From Candidatus Saccharimonadia bacterium (GTDB taxonomy: Bacteria > Patescibacteriota > Saccharimonadia > UBA4664): 64,000 bases of DNA. The translations under genes were made by a program, and so were the position numbers. Shown piece by piece: positions 9,621 through 18,893 of this stretch (position 1 is the first letter of the stretch; each line of letters starts with the position of its first letter). Location: positions 89,148 through 153,147 of the forward strand of contig JBGTMQ010000003.1 in assembly GCA_041743505.1 (NCBI GenBank), in the 5' to 3' direction. A model generated the notes under the pieces. It saw only the letters and a program-made list of their open reading frames with translations. It had not been told where the DNA came from and ran no database searches.

Positions 9621-9754
9621 ATAACAACTACTCCTCTCAAACCAAAGCGCCCCAGAGGTGCGCTACTCAGCTTCGGTAGCCAAGCAACAAAATAGTACCA
9701 GAAAAAGCCAAGCGGGTCAACAACTTTAGGTGCAAAATATTAAGCGAATTTTTA

Positions 9755-10543
9755 CTATTTGTTGTATGCTTCGGCAGCTTCCCAAGCAGCCTCAAACATA
9801 GCCCTTAAGCCCTTGGCCAATTCCTGGCTCTTAATCGTAATCCCGATGGGATTTGAGCCTGTTAAGGTCAACATAATAATCATGTCCCCGGAAACCGTAA
9901 AATCACCGCTAACCGGAAACTTATCCAACGGTAACCAGCGGGACGTACGGTTACGCTCGATGTCACCTTTTTTCAAGATCGGGCCCTCAATCGAGGCATA
10001 AATCATCCGGCTCTCGATACTCGACCGTAACCGCTGCGGATTGGCGCCAAGAGCCCGGTATTCAGGAAAGTAGCTGTAAAATTGATCCAAATTACTAAAA
10101 CCGTAGGCAGAATCGGCATTTGACCGCTTGGCTTCGTCAAAGAATGCCTCCATGGCAGTACGAATACCGTCTGCGCTATCATAAAATTTTACACTAGGCG
10201 ACTCTTTGGGCAGCATCTTCAAGCTACCCAACTCAGGCAAGATCTGCTGAAGGTTCTGTTTCTGCTCCTTAAGCTCAACCTCCCGCTTCTCAATCAGTCG
10301 GCGCAAATTGGTCGGCTCTTCAGCAATAAAATAAGTCTTCTTACCCTTAACACTCTGCGACACTAACCCCAGACCCACCAAAGATTCCAGGATCACGTAA
10401 GTAGTTACACGCTTAATACCGGACTGGTCGGCTATACGCTGCACAGGTGACGGACCAACTATTAATGCGGCCACATAAACCCTAGCCTCTTTGTTGCTCA
10501 GACCTAATTCTTCGATATGTGAGATGAGTTGCCGGTCATTCAT
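9755..10543 (-). CDS. TrmB-family transcriptional regulator
   Basis: N-terminal wHTH (LSNKEARVYVAALIVGPSPVQRIADQSGIKRVTTYVILESL) and a C-terminal TrmB-like domain. Paralogs at 27868 and 32770. Confidence 0.65.
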   Translation of the reverse strand: MNDRQLISHIEELGLSNKEARVYVAALIVGPSPVQRIADQSGIKRVTTYVILESLVGLGLVSQSVKGKKTYFIAEEPTNLRRLIEKREVELKEQKQNLQQILPELGSLKMLPKESPSVKFYDSADGIRTAMEAFFDEAKRSNADSAYGFSNLDQFYSYFPEYRALGANPQRLRSSIESRMIYASIEGPILKKGDIERNRTSRWLPLDKFPVSGDFTVSGDMIIMLTLTGSNPIGITIKSQELAKGLRAMFEAAWEAAEAYNK

Positions 10544-10653
10544 ACCACCATTTTAATCGAATAATAAAAAAAGTCAATGGTCGTTGACAACAAAAAAGCC
10601 AGGCTTCATACGAAAGCGTTGCATATTCGGTTTATGTTCGGTATAGTCCAGCT

Positions 10654-12162
10654 ATGCTATCAAAAGTATACACCCCAGCTTTCCACGGTTTCGACGGTGA
10701 ACTCGTCGAAATCGAATGCGATATGGCAAACGGACTCCCCGGCTTCATCGTCGTCGGTCTAGCAGACAAGGCTGTAGACGAGGCCCGGGAACGTGTTCGC
10801 AGCGCCATTAAAAACAGCGGCTTACTCGTCCCTCCTAAACGCATCACTCTCAATCTAGCACCGGCCGATATTCCTAAAGACGGCACCGGCTACGACCTGG
10901 GTATGGCAGTCGCAATACTAATCGCCAGCGGCCAAATTCCTGCTGATACCACCGGCAATGCCCTATTCTTAGGAGAGTTAGCCCTAGACGGCAGTCTTCG
11001 CACAGTTAAAGGCTCGGTATTAGCCGCTCAACTGGCCCGCGAACGCTCATTCAGCCATATATACGTCCCCGCAGCCAATGCCAATGAAGCCGCCATGCTG
11101 CCAGACGTTAAGATCATCGCCATAGACAGCTTAAGCGAGCTTTACCACCATTTGGTTGGGTTAAATCCGCTAGCCGTTGTTACCAATACAACAAAACACG
11201 AAGGCCAGCGCGCACCAGCCCCGGTCGATATGAGTGATATCTACGGCCAAGCTCAGGCCAAACGTGCACTAGAAATCGCCGCCAGCGGCGGTCACAATAT
11301 CTTGCTCTCCGGCCCTCCCGGTTCAGGCAAAACACTAATGTCGCGAACACTGGTCGGCCTGCTGCCACCACCAACCTTCCAGGAAATGCTGGAAATCACC
11401 AAGCTTTATAGCTTGGCCGGGCTCAATCATGACGGTGTTGTCCGAATGCGACCACTTCGCGCGCCTCATCATACCGCTTCAAGCGCCGCACTCATCGGCG
11501 GCGGATCCGTACCCCGGCCAGGCGAGATTAGCCTAAGCCACCATGGTGTCCTGTTTCTAGATGAGCTTCCCGAGTTTCCCCGCCAAGTGCTTGAAGTCCT
11601 GCGCCAACCGCTAGAAGATGGCCAAGTCTCCATCGCCCGGGCAGCTCGAACCACCACCTTCCCAGCTCAATTTATGCTCGTAGCTACCCGTAACCCCTGT
11701 CCCTGCGGCTACGCTGGAGATAACCGTTGTAAATGCAGTGCCTACGCAGTCCACCAATACCAGCGCCGGCTATCCGGACCTTTGCTCGACCGCATCGACC
11801 TTATCATTGACGTTGCACCCGTCGGGCGGGACGAACTAACCGGGCAACAAACCGGCGAAGCCACTACCACCATCGCCATACGGGTAGCAGCCGCCCGGAA
11901 GCGGCAAGCCGAACGGTTCACCGGCCCAGCTACCAAGCTTAATGGCCGCATGACCATCACCGACACCCAGCAATTTTGCCGCCTGGATCCTGAAACCCTC
12001 ACTCTCGCCAAACAAGCGGTTCAGCGGTTGCGTTTATCAGCTCGTGCCTACAATCGCATCCTCAAAGTAGCCCGGACAATCGCCGACCTAGCCGGCGCAG
12101 ACACTATCACCATTCAACACTTTAGCGAGGCTATGCAATACCGCGCCCGAACCGGGGCGTAA
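10654..12162 (+). CDS. comM: YifB/ComM-family Mg-chelatase-like AAA ATPase
   Basis: N-terminal Lon-like domain, Walker A GPPGSGKT, LFLDELPEF and a C-terminal Cys cluster typical of ComM/YifB. Confidence 0.8.
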   Translation: MLSKVYTPAFHGFDGELVEIECDMANGLPGFIVVGLADKAVDEARERVRSAIKNSGLLVPPKRITLNLAPADIPKDGTGYDLGMAVAILIASGQIPADTTGNALFLGELALDGSLRTVKGSVLAAQLARERSFSHIYVPAANANEAAMLPDVKIIAIDSLSELYHHLVGLNPLAVVTNTTKHEGQRAPAPVDMSDIYGQAQAKRALEIAASGGHNILLSGPPGSGKTLMSRTLVGLLPPPTFQEMLEITKLYSLAGLNHDGVVRMRPLRAPHHTASSAALIGGGSVPRPGEISLSHHGVLFLDELPEFPRQVLEVLRQPLEDGQVSIARAARTTTFPAQFMLVATRNPCPCGYAGDNRCKCSAYAVHQYQRRLSGPLLDRIDLIIDVAPVGRDELTGQQTGEATTTIAIRVAAARKRQAERFTGPATKLNGRMTITDTQQFCRLDPETLTLAKQAVQRLRLSARAYNRILKVARTIADLAGADTITIQHFSEAMQYRARTGA

Positions 12163-12167
12163 CCCGG

Positions 12168-12521
12168 CTAGACCTTGATCAGGCTATAAACCATACTGCC
12201 AAAACCAGTATTTCCCAACAAATACAAAAGCCCTAACTCCAAGACAACCAGACTGCCAGCAAATATACCAATCCGTCGCAGATCATGAGTCACATAACTA
12301 AAATCGCGGCCGGCCACGGTAGACGCGACCAAAGCACCGGCCGGCTTGTTCACTGGCTGAGTCCGCGCTGGAGTGCTCGACCCGGTAATCGGCTGGTCTG
12401 TCGCCGCCTGGCTTGTCACCGCCGTTTGACCCGATGACGTTACCGTCCCCGGTTCTGTATGCTTAAAACGGTGCTTCTTAGCTGGTTTGTTCTTCTTTGC
12501 CATTGGTTGGCATTTTAGCAC
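12168..12521 (-). CDS. hypothetical membrane-anchored protein
   Basis: Basic, low-complexity N-terminus and a single C-terminal TM helix. Converges on comM with a 5-nt gap. Confidence 0.35.
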   Translation of the reverse strand: MLKCQPMAKKNKPAKKHRFKHTEPGTVTSSGQTAVTSQAATDQPITGSSTPARTQPVNKPAGALVASTVAGRDFSYVTHDLRRIGIFAGSLVVLELGLLYLLGNTGFGSMVYSLIKV

Positions 12522-12609
12522 ACTCTTCTAGAAAACTGCCAAGCGTTGCGGCCAGACGTGCCTACACCTATACTTATGTATATTCGTTGAAGGTTGGAGT
12601 CTTTCGAAT

Positions 12610-13104
12610 TTGGTATACATAGCACTGGTTATAGCATTAGCCGGGATCGGGGTGAGCGTCATGAGCTGGCTTCAGACCGATAGGCTCAAAAAGCGGTTTG
12701 CTGCTGCATTGGGTGGCGAGGAAGCCGGCTCGCTTGAGCATACCCTGGCCCAGCACATCGCTCGGGTCGAAGCGGTAGATACCCGGCTCGGCAGGCTTAA
12801 TGCCGAATATGAGCGTTTAGCCGTTACCAATAGCCTGGCTCAGCAAAAAGTCTCAATTGTCCGATTCAACCCGTTCGGTGATACGGGTGGCGACCAGAGC
12901 TTTAGCCTGGCTGTCTTGGATGCCCACGATTCAGGCTATGTCCTCACCAGTATACACGGTCGCACCGGCACCAGGGTCTACGTTAAACCCATTGACTTCG
13001 CCAAAAGCAAATACAGCCTGTCAGCCGAAGAGCAGCAAGTACTAGGTCAGGCCATTAAGCGCGTCCCGCAGATACAAGGAGACTTAAATGGCCCGCAAAG
13101 ATGA
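12610..13104 (+). CDS. hypothetical N-terminally membrane-anchored protein (DUF4446-like)
   Basis: N-terminal TM helix followed by a coiled-coil and a soluble domain. Overlaps the bactofilin gene by 17 nt. Confidence 0.4.
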   Translation: MVYIALVIALAGIGVSVMSWLQTDRLKKRFAAALGGEEAGSLEHTLAQHIARVEAVDTRLGRLNAEYERLAVTNSLAQQKVSIVRFNPFGDTGGDQSFSLAVLDAHDSGYVLTSIHGRTGTRVYVKPIDFAKSKYSLSAEEQQVLGQAIKRVPQIQGDLNGPQR

Positions 13105-13477
13105 CCTGTTAGGTATATCTGGTATCGAGACGGTCATCGGCGCCGGTGTGGTAGTTCACGGCAACCTCACCAGCGAAGGCGACATACTCATAGACGGCAT
13201 ACTCAAGGGCGACATTAAGACCGCCGGTGACGTCACCATCGGCGTCAATGGCCGTATTAAAGCTAACCTCACAGCGCTCAATGTCACCGTAGCCGGCGAG
13301 CTCGATGGCAGTATCATAGCTGACGGTGAGGTCACCATCCGGGAGACCGGCCGGGTCACCGGCGATGTCACGGCCGCCGGTCTGGCCATCGCATCCGGCG
13401 GCGTTTTTAGCGGCCGGAGCATTTCGCAAAAACCGCGCGGGTCAAATCACTCGCAGGCCGAAGATCAAGAGGCATAA
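13088..13477 (+). CDS. bactofilin-family cytoskeletal protein
   Basis: Repetitive beta-helical G/V/T-rich core (GDILIDGILKGDIKTAGDVTIGVNGRIKANLTA...) typical of the bactofilin DUF583 fold. Confidence 0.65.
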   Translation: MARKDDLLGISGIETVIGAGVVVHGNLTSEGDILIDGILKGDIKTAGDVTIGVNGRIKANLTALNVTVAGELDGSIIADGEVTIRETGRVTGDVTAAGLAIASGGVFSGRSISQKPRGSNHSQAEDQEA

Positions 13478-13486
13478 GCGCCCGGC

Positions 13487-14386
13487 ATGTACTACTACAT
13501 CGTCAATCCAGCGGCCGGCCGCAGCCAAGTCAAAGGCCTGCAAGATAAAATTCGCGGTCGGCTCGACCAGCTCGGCATCCGCGGCGAGTGGGCCAAAACC
13601 ACCGGCCCCGGTGAAGCCAGCAAAATGGCCGCCGCCGCCGCAACTAAAGGCCACACCACAGTTGTAGCCGTCGGCGGCGATAACACTGTCAACGAGGTCA
13701 TCAATGGCCTGATCGGCCAGGAAAATGTAGCCATCGGCATCATCCCGCTCGGCACCACCAACCGGTTGGCCACGCAGCTTGGTATCTCAAGCTGGCAGCA
13801 AGCCTCTGAGGTCCTGGCCGCCCGCCGCCTAACCTCATACTCCCTCATTGCAGCCGGCCAAAAATATTTTTTGTCCACCCTCACCTTAGGATTCGAGACC
13901 GACCTGGACAAAAACATTGACACCGCCCCGGCCAACCTTCAAGCACGTTTGGGCCAGCTCCGAGCCGGCTGGGGCCACGCCCGGAATTATCAAACCCTGC
14001 ATTGCCGCATCGAAGTCGATGGTCAGTTCGAACTGGAATGCAATTTGTTCTCACTTGCTATTGCCAACCAGAAATTCCTCAATCCCCTGGCCGACAACCA
14101 GCTCATTGTCACTCTTAGCGACCACCCAGGCCATCGCTTGCGCCTAGGCAACTATCTCTGGCAAATGCTCCATAACCGCGCCGTACCAACCCCTGAAGAC
14201 GGCGCTACGACCCGCTTCTTGGCTAGCCGCGTCGTTATTGAAACCAAACCCACCACCGGCATCATGGTAGATGGCAAGGTCACCAGCCGCACCCCCATTG
14301 CTATCCGCTTAACTGACCAGTCCGTCCGGTTCATCACCGAAAAAATCGTCGGTGACTTCAAGGACGCTATCGGCCCCAAACCCTAG
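13487..14386 (+). CDS. diacylglycerol/lipid kinase (YegS/DagK family)
   Basis: VAVGGDNTVNEVINGL motif characteristic of DAGK_cat lipid kinases. Confidence 0.65.
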   Translation: MYYYIVNPAAGRSQVKGLQDKIRGRLDQLGIRGEWAKTTGPGEASKMAAAAATKGHTTVVAVGGDNTVNEVINGLIGQENVAIGIIPLGTTNRLATQLGISSWQQASEVLAARRLTSYSLIAAGQKYFLSTLTLGFETDLDKNIDTAPANLQARLGQLRAGWGHARNYQTLHCRIEVDGQFELECNLFSLAIANQKFLNPLADNQLIVTLSDHPGHRLRLGNYLWQMLHNRAVPTPEDGATTRFLASRVVIETKPTTGIMVDGKVTSRTPIAIRLTDQSVRFITEKIVGDFKDAIGPKP

Positions 14387-14490
14387 TTAAGCCAAGCGGT
14401 TAACCCACGAATCGCTTTGTAAGAATAATTCTTGACCCTACAGCCTCAAACTGCTATAGTGTTCAGGAGCTTTTAGAAGGAGACTGCCAA

Positions 14491-15018
14491 ATCAACAAAA
14501 TCCGCGTGAACCGTGAAATATCTGCCCAAACTGTGCGTTTGGTCGATGTTGATGGTTCCCAACTCGGCGTCGTTAGCCTCCGTGAGGCTTTGGAACGTGC
14601 CGACGAAGCAGATTTAGATCTGGCAGAAATTGCTCCTACCGCTCAACCGCCGGTGGTCAAAATCCTCGATTGGGGTAAGTACCGCTACGAGCAAACCAAG
14701 CAGCTCCAAAAGAGCCGCCGCAACCAACGGCAGGTTGAAGTTAAGCAAGTGAGGCTCGGCCTCAAGATCGGTGAGCACGATCTACAAGTGAAGCTCAACC
14801 GGGCCAGGAAGTTCCTCGAGGAAGGGCACAAAGTTAAGATTAGCCTGCTCTTCCGCGGCCGCGAGATCACCCGTCCCCAACTGGGTCGCGAGATTCTCGA
14901 TAACGTCTTAGAACGCCTGTCCGATATTGCCGTACTAGAGCAAACACCAACGCTCTCCGGCCGCGATCTCAATATGATTTTAGGGATGAAAAAAGATGCC
15001 AAAGCTGAAAACTCATAA
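14491..15018 (+). CDS. infC: translation initiation factor IF-3
   Basis: INKIRVNREI...VRLV N-terminal IF-3 signature continues in frame upstream of the listed GTG start. An AAGGAG SD sits 8 nt before an AUC codon at 14491, which fits the non-AUG autoregulatory start typical of infC. Followed by rpmI-rplT. Confidence 0.8.
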   Translation: MNKIRVNREISAQTVRLVDVDGSQLGVVSLREALERADEADLDLAEIAPTAQPPVVKILDWGKYRYEQTKQLQKSRRNQRQVEVKQVRLGLKIGEHDLQVKLNRARKFLEEGHKVKISLLFRGREITRPQLGREILDNVLERLSDIAVLEQTPTLSGRDLNMILGMKKDAKAENS

Positions 15019-15196
15019 AGGAATGGCCAAGCGCATTAAGCTGTCTGGAAACGGCAAGCTAATGCACCGCCGTGCCAACCGCAACCACATGTTGGCTCAC
15101 AAGTCAGCTTCGCTCAAGCGTGAATACGTTAAGGAGTTTGAGATTGCCGCCGGCGATACCGCCAACGTTAAGAAAATGTTAGGGACCTACCGGTAG
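14996..15196 (+). CDS. rpmI: 50S ribosomal protein L35
   Basis: MPKLKTHKGMAKRIK... is the canonical L35 sequence. 66 aa. Confidence 0.9.
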   Translation: MPKLKTHKGMAKRIKLSGNGKLMHRRANRNHMLAHKSASLKREYVKEFEIAAGDTANVKKMLGTYR

Positions 15197-15338
15197 CCTT
15201 ACCGCTTTATAGCTTCTTAGTTTGAGATTAGTTCAGGGAAGAAGCGGGCATCGGAGTAAGGCGTATGTAATAATACGACGAACGAGAAGCTTAAGCTTCT
15301 GACGCCGAAATAATCCAAGATAAGGAGATATATCACAA

Positions 15339-15689
15339 ATGCGCGTTAAGAGAGGCGTCACCAGTCACGCCAAGCACAAAAAACTGCGCCAACAGACCAA
15401 GGGTTATAGTCTTGTCCGCCGCTCTAGTATCAAAATGGCCCGTCAGGCAGTTATTAAAGCTTTACAATATCAATACCGCGACCGCCGCAACAAGAAGCGC
15501 GACTTTCGCGCTCTCTGGATCACCCGCATCAGCGCCGCCGCCGGGGCCGCCGGTACCAGCTACAGCGCCTTTATGGGCTCACTAAGCAAGGCTGGCATTA
15601 CCCTCGATCGCAAGATCCTGGCCGAGCTAGCAGTTAACCAACCTAAGGCCTTCGAAGCCGTCGTTAAGGCCGCCAAAGCCGCCAAATAA
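15339..15689 (+). CDS. rplT: 50S ribosomal protein L20
   Basis: MRVKRGVTSHAKHKK...ALQYQYRDRR is canonical L20. Confidence 0.9.
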   Translation: MRVKRGVTSHAKHKKLRQQTKGYSLVRRSSIKMARQAVIKALQYQYRDRRNKKRDFRALWITRISAAAGAAGTSYSAFMGSLSKAGITLDRKILAELAVNQPKAFEAVVKAAKAAK

Positions 15690-15703
15690 CAACTATTCTT
15701 CGC

Positions 15704-16090
15704 TCAAAAGACCTCAGGATCATCGGGGTCTTTTTTGTTTGCAACAATATCAACGCCACGCTCCTTGGCTAAAGAAATCAGCCACGTAAGTACCTCCAGC
15801 TCCCAAGCCAGAACCTGGCGGCCCAACCGGGTAATTTCATAAACCCGTCGTGGCTTACCCGGGTTTAAAGCTACACCCGCCTCAACCTCAGCAATCAAGT
15901 ACAGCTTAAGTAATCCTGTCAAAGCTGGACGAATAGCGCCGCTACTGAGATTTGCGATTGCGCTTGAGTCATCTTTGCATAATCTGGCGATATCATAACC
16001 ACTAGCCTGACCAGCCGCGAGCGCAATCAAGATGCGCATATCAAGAAGACTTATAGTGATGCGATCGCCATCGTCACGAATAGTTGCCAT
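15704..16090 (-). CDS. PadR-family transcriptional regulator
   Basis: wHTH with GYDIA...GAIRPAL..LE..GL pattern. 128 aa. Confidence 0.6.
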   Translation of the reverse strand: MATIRDDGDRITISLLDMRILIALAAGQASGYDIARLCKDDSSAIANLSSGAIRPALTGLLKLYLIAEVEAGVALNPGKPRRVYEITRLGRQVLAWELEVLTWLISLAKERGVDIVANKKDPDDPEVF

Positions 16091-16226
16091 GTATACTCCT
16101 ATTATATGTCTAACTTAGACATATAGAAAGCGCTTAATATATGTCGATAGTAGCCATATAGTTACCAACCAAACACTTCGCGCGATCATAACCAGCCTTA
16201 GCCGGCACTCACCATACTTGCCCAGA

Positions 16227-17351
16227 CTAGCTAACCCCGTGCTTAAATCGCTCCCACTCCGTTCCCACAAACTCCCGCATCCTCCGCCGGAACACACTTG
16301 CATCAAACTCCTTAGCCCAGGCACGAATCTTTACCTCATCAAACTGCATACCTTCAAACCGCCGCACCGCCGCCACCAACGACTCTCTCGTCTGCTCAGC
16401 AAACAGCGTCCCGGTCTCACCCTCTTTCACATACTCCAATGCGCCTCCCTTACCATAGGCGATCACCGGTGTGCCAGCTGCCATCGCCTCTAGCGGCACC
16501 ATGCCAAAATCCTCTTCAGGCGGAAAGATGAAACCCTTAGCTCCGGCATACAACCGGTTACGTTCGTCTTGCGGCACCCGACCCAAAAACTCGATGTTAT
16601 TTTTAGCCCTGGCTTTTTGACGAGCAATCTCCTCCCCCGCGCCCGCCACCTTAAGCGGCAAACCCAACTCATTAAACGCATCCACCGCCACATCCAGCCG
16701 TTTATACGACACCTGACGTCCCACAATCAAATAATAATCACGCGAACCAGGCGCCAATCCCGACAATTCCCCCGTCAAAATTGGCGGATAGATCACTTTC
16801 GAATCCCGCTGGTAGTATTTCTTAATCCGCGCCTGAACATGACGCGAGTTAGCCACATACGCATCCACTCCCTGAGCCGCCCTATAGTCAATCCCCCTCA
16901 AGACCCCAATTACCATCGGCAAAGCCAATCGCGCCAGCCAATTAAACCGCCCAAACGGCGGGTGCTTCATATACCAATCAAAATCCGTCCAATAGTATCG
17001 GACTGGCGTATGACAATAGCAAATATGCAAAGTTTTTGCATTTGTTCGCACATATTTGGCCTCAGCCGCGCACGAAGATATCACAATATCATACTTATTC
17101 ATATTAAATGTTTTAAACGGTAGACCCAAAAAGATCGGAAATAGTTGATGCTTATTTCGCAAAAACGGAATCCAATTTAGAAACGTTGTGCGCACATCAG
17201 CTTTAGCAAACTCAGGAAATTTTTCCGGAATATAAGCCGCTGTATATATGGGAGCCTCAGGATACATTTGATGTAGCTCATACAACACTTTCTCTGCACC
17301 ACCAGGCGATACCAACCAATGGTGTACCAGTGCAATCTTAGGTGCAACCAT
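16227..17351 (-). CDS. glycosyltransferase family 4
   Basis: EAMAAGTPVIAYGKGGALEYVKEGETGTLF block. The likely start is the ATG at 17351, which overlaps the upstream TAA stop as TAATG (translational coupling). Confidence 0.7.
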   Translation of the reverse strand: MVAPKIALVHHWLVSPGGAEKVLYELHQMYPEAPIYTAAYIPEKFPEFAKADVRTTFLNWIPFLRNKHQLFPIFLGLPFKTFNMNKYDIVISSCAAEAKYVRTNAKTLHICYCHTPVRYYWTDFDWYMKHPPFGRFNWLARLALPMVIGVLRGIDYRAAQGVDAYVANSRHVQARIKKYYQRDSKVIYPPILTGELSGLAPGSRDYYLIVGRQVSYKRLDVAVDAFNELGLPLKVAGAGEEIARQKARAKNNIEFLGRVPQDERNRLYAGAKGFIFPPEEDFGMVPLEAMAAGTPVIAYGKGGALEYVKEGETGTLFAEQTRESLVAAVRRFEGMQFDEVKIRAWAKEFDASVFRRRMREFVGTEWERFKHGVS

Positions 17352-18805
17352 TAGTAAGCTCCTTTTCGGCGCAAAATGGCGAAAGCAGTTTTCAGCAATA
17401 TCTTTATATCCAACCACAAACTCCAATTTTCAACGTAATAAATATCCAGCTTAACCCGGTCATCATAGGTAATATCGCTGCGCCCAGAAATCTGCCACAA
17501 CCCCGTAATCCCGGGCTTAAGTGCTAAGAAACTCGCGCCTTGGTCACCATAACGTTCCAGCTCAACTGGTGTGATTGGACGCGGCCCTACCAGGCTCATG
17601 TCGCCCTTTATTGCATTTATGAGCTGTGGTAGCTCATCTAGGCTAGTAGACCGCAATAGCCGCCCGAAGCGGCTAACCCGGGGATCATTCTGGACTTTTT
17701 GCGCCTGCTTAAACTCTTGCGCCAACTCAGGGCGGCCCAGCATTCTAAAAATCTGCTCAGACGACTTACCTCTATATTTTGGATCATTCGTATATTTCCA
17801 TTGCATAGACCGAAACTTATAGACGAACACTTCCTGACCCTCGCGCACCAACCGCCGGTGACGATAAAAAACCGGCCCGGGATCACTAATCTTTATCAGT
17901 AGCGCGATAATCAGAAAAATCGGCGATAAAATAGCCAGTCCAAGTGTTGCACCAACTACATCGAAAACTCGTTTCATAATCCGGCCCCAACCATCTAGCG
18001 GTGTTAGCTTTATCTCAATCATCGGGATGCCGGCCAAACTACCCAAGGCAGAATTGGTAGCGTAGAGACCAAATTGGTTTGGCACAAACCGGTACGATAC
18101 ATGGTGGTTAGTGGCATAGTTAACCAATGCCAGCACCTCATCCGAACCAAGCGCCGAGTCAGCCTGTATAATCTCATCAAGTCGGCGTGAACCCAGAGTT
18201 GCCAATGCTTCATCGAACGAGCCATAAATCGGCATGCCCGGCAAGCGCTTGGCCGCGCCTCGAGCAGTGTCAATGCACCCAAGTAGCCGGTATCCGGACC
18301 TCGGTTGTGCCAAATCTCGGGCGATCCGCTGAGCTAGCCGGCCACTGCCTATTAACAGCGCTTGATGCACGCCGATACCAAAATTAAACAGCCAACGCTG
18401 AATCCCGCGCATCACTGTCCGGGCCGACAACACAAACACTAAACCCAATCCATACGCGTAAATTGGTACCGCCTTGGATGGGAATAATGACGCCGGACGA
18501 AAAAAATCAAGCAAGATCATAAACATAACGCCACCCGAAACAGCCACGAACACCTTGCCAATCTCATCCAACCGGCCACGTAAGTTAGACTGCGAATACA
18601 GCCCGGCCAGAGCAAAGATCAGTATCCAAACCGGCAGAACCATCAGTAAAATATTCAGAAAGTCCAAGGCTGCAATCGGGTGGGCTACCGGCCGTCCCTC
18701 AATCTTGACCCGCAAAATATAGGCCACTACAAAAGCCCCAACCAACGCCAGAAAGTCGATCGGGACAGATATCAGACTAAAAAATAATTCGCTTCGTTTG
18801 CGCAT
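17351..18805 (-). CDS. polyprenyl-phosphate sugar phosphotransferase (WbaP/CpsE bacterial sugar transferase family)
   Basis: N-terminal TM helices and a C-terminal sugar-transferase domain (RVFDVVGATLGLAIL..., KFRSMQ, DELPQLINAIKGDMSLVGPRP). Start chosen at MRKRSELFF because upstream sequence is occupied by the rnpB 3' end and its hairpin. Confidence 0.7.
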   Translation of the reverse strand: MRKRSELFFSLISVPIDFLALVGAFVVAYILRVKIEGRPVAHPIAALDFLNILLMVLPVWILIFALAGLYSQSNLRGRLDEIGKVFVAVSGGVMFMILLDFFRPASLFPSKAVPIYAYGLGLVFVLSARTVMRGIQRWLFNFGIGVHQALLIGSGRLAQRIARDLAQPRSGYRLLGCIDTARGAAKRLPGMPIYGSFDEALATLGSRRLDEIIQADSALGSDEVLALVNYATNHHVSYRFVPNQFGLYATNSALGSLAGIPMIEIKLTPLDGWGRIMKRVFDVVGATLGLAILSPIFLIIALLIKISDPGPVFYRHRRLVREGQEVFVYKFRSMQWKYTNDPKYRGKSSEQIFRMLGRPELAQEFKQAQKVQNDPRVSRFGRLLRSTSLDELPQLINAIKGDMSLVGPRPITPVELERYGDQGASFLALKPGITGLWQISGRSDITYDDRVKLDIYYVENWSLWLDIKILLKTAFAILRRKGAY

Positions 18806-18893
18806 TGGTTTGAATAATTGCTCTCCCAATTGTACACCGCTTGGCCCCCATAAGCGAAACGCCCGCCCGGATAAGGGCGGACGAGTCACATTC

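Noticed and set aside
9377-9679. 100-aa ORF in the gap after the GalT-like gene.
   Set aside because: Gly/Arg/Pro-rich translation of a highly structured non-coding region that contains an SRP-RNA-like motif.
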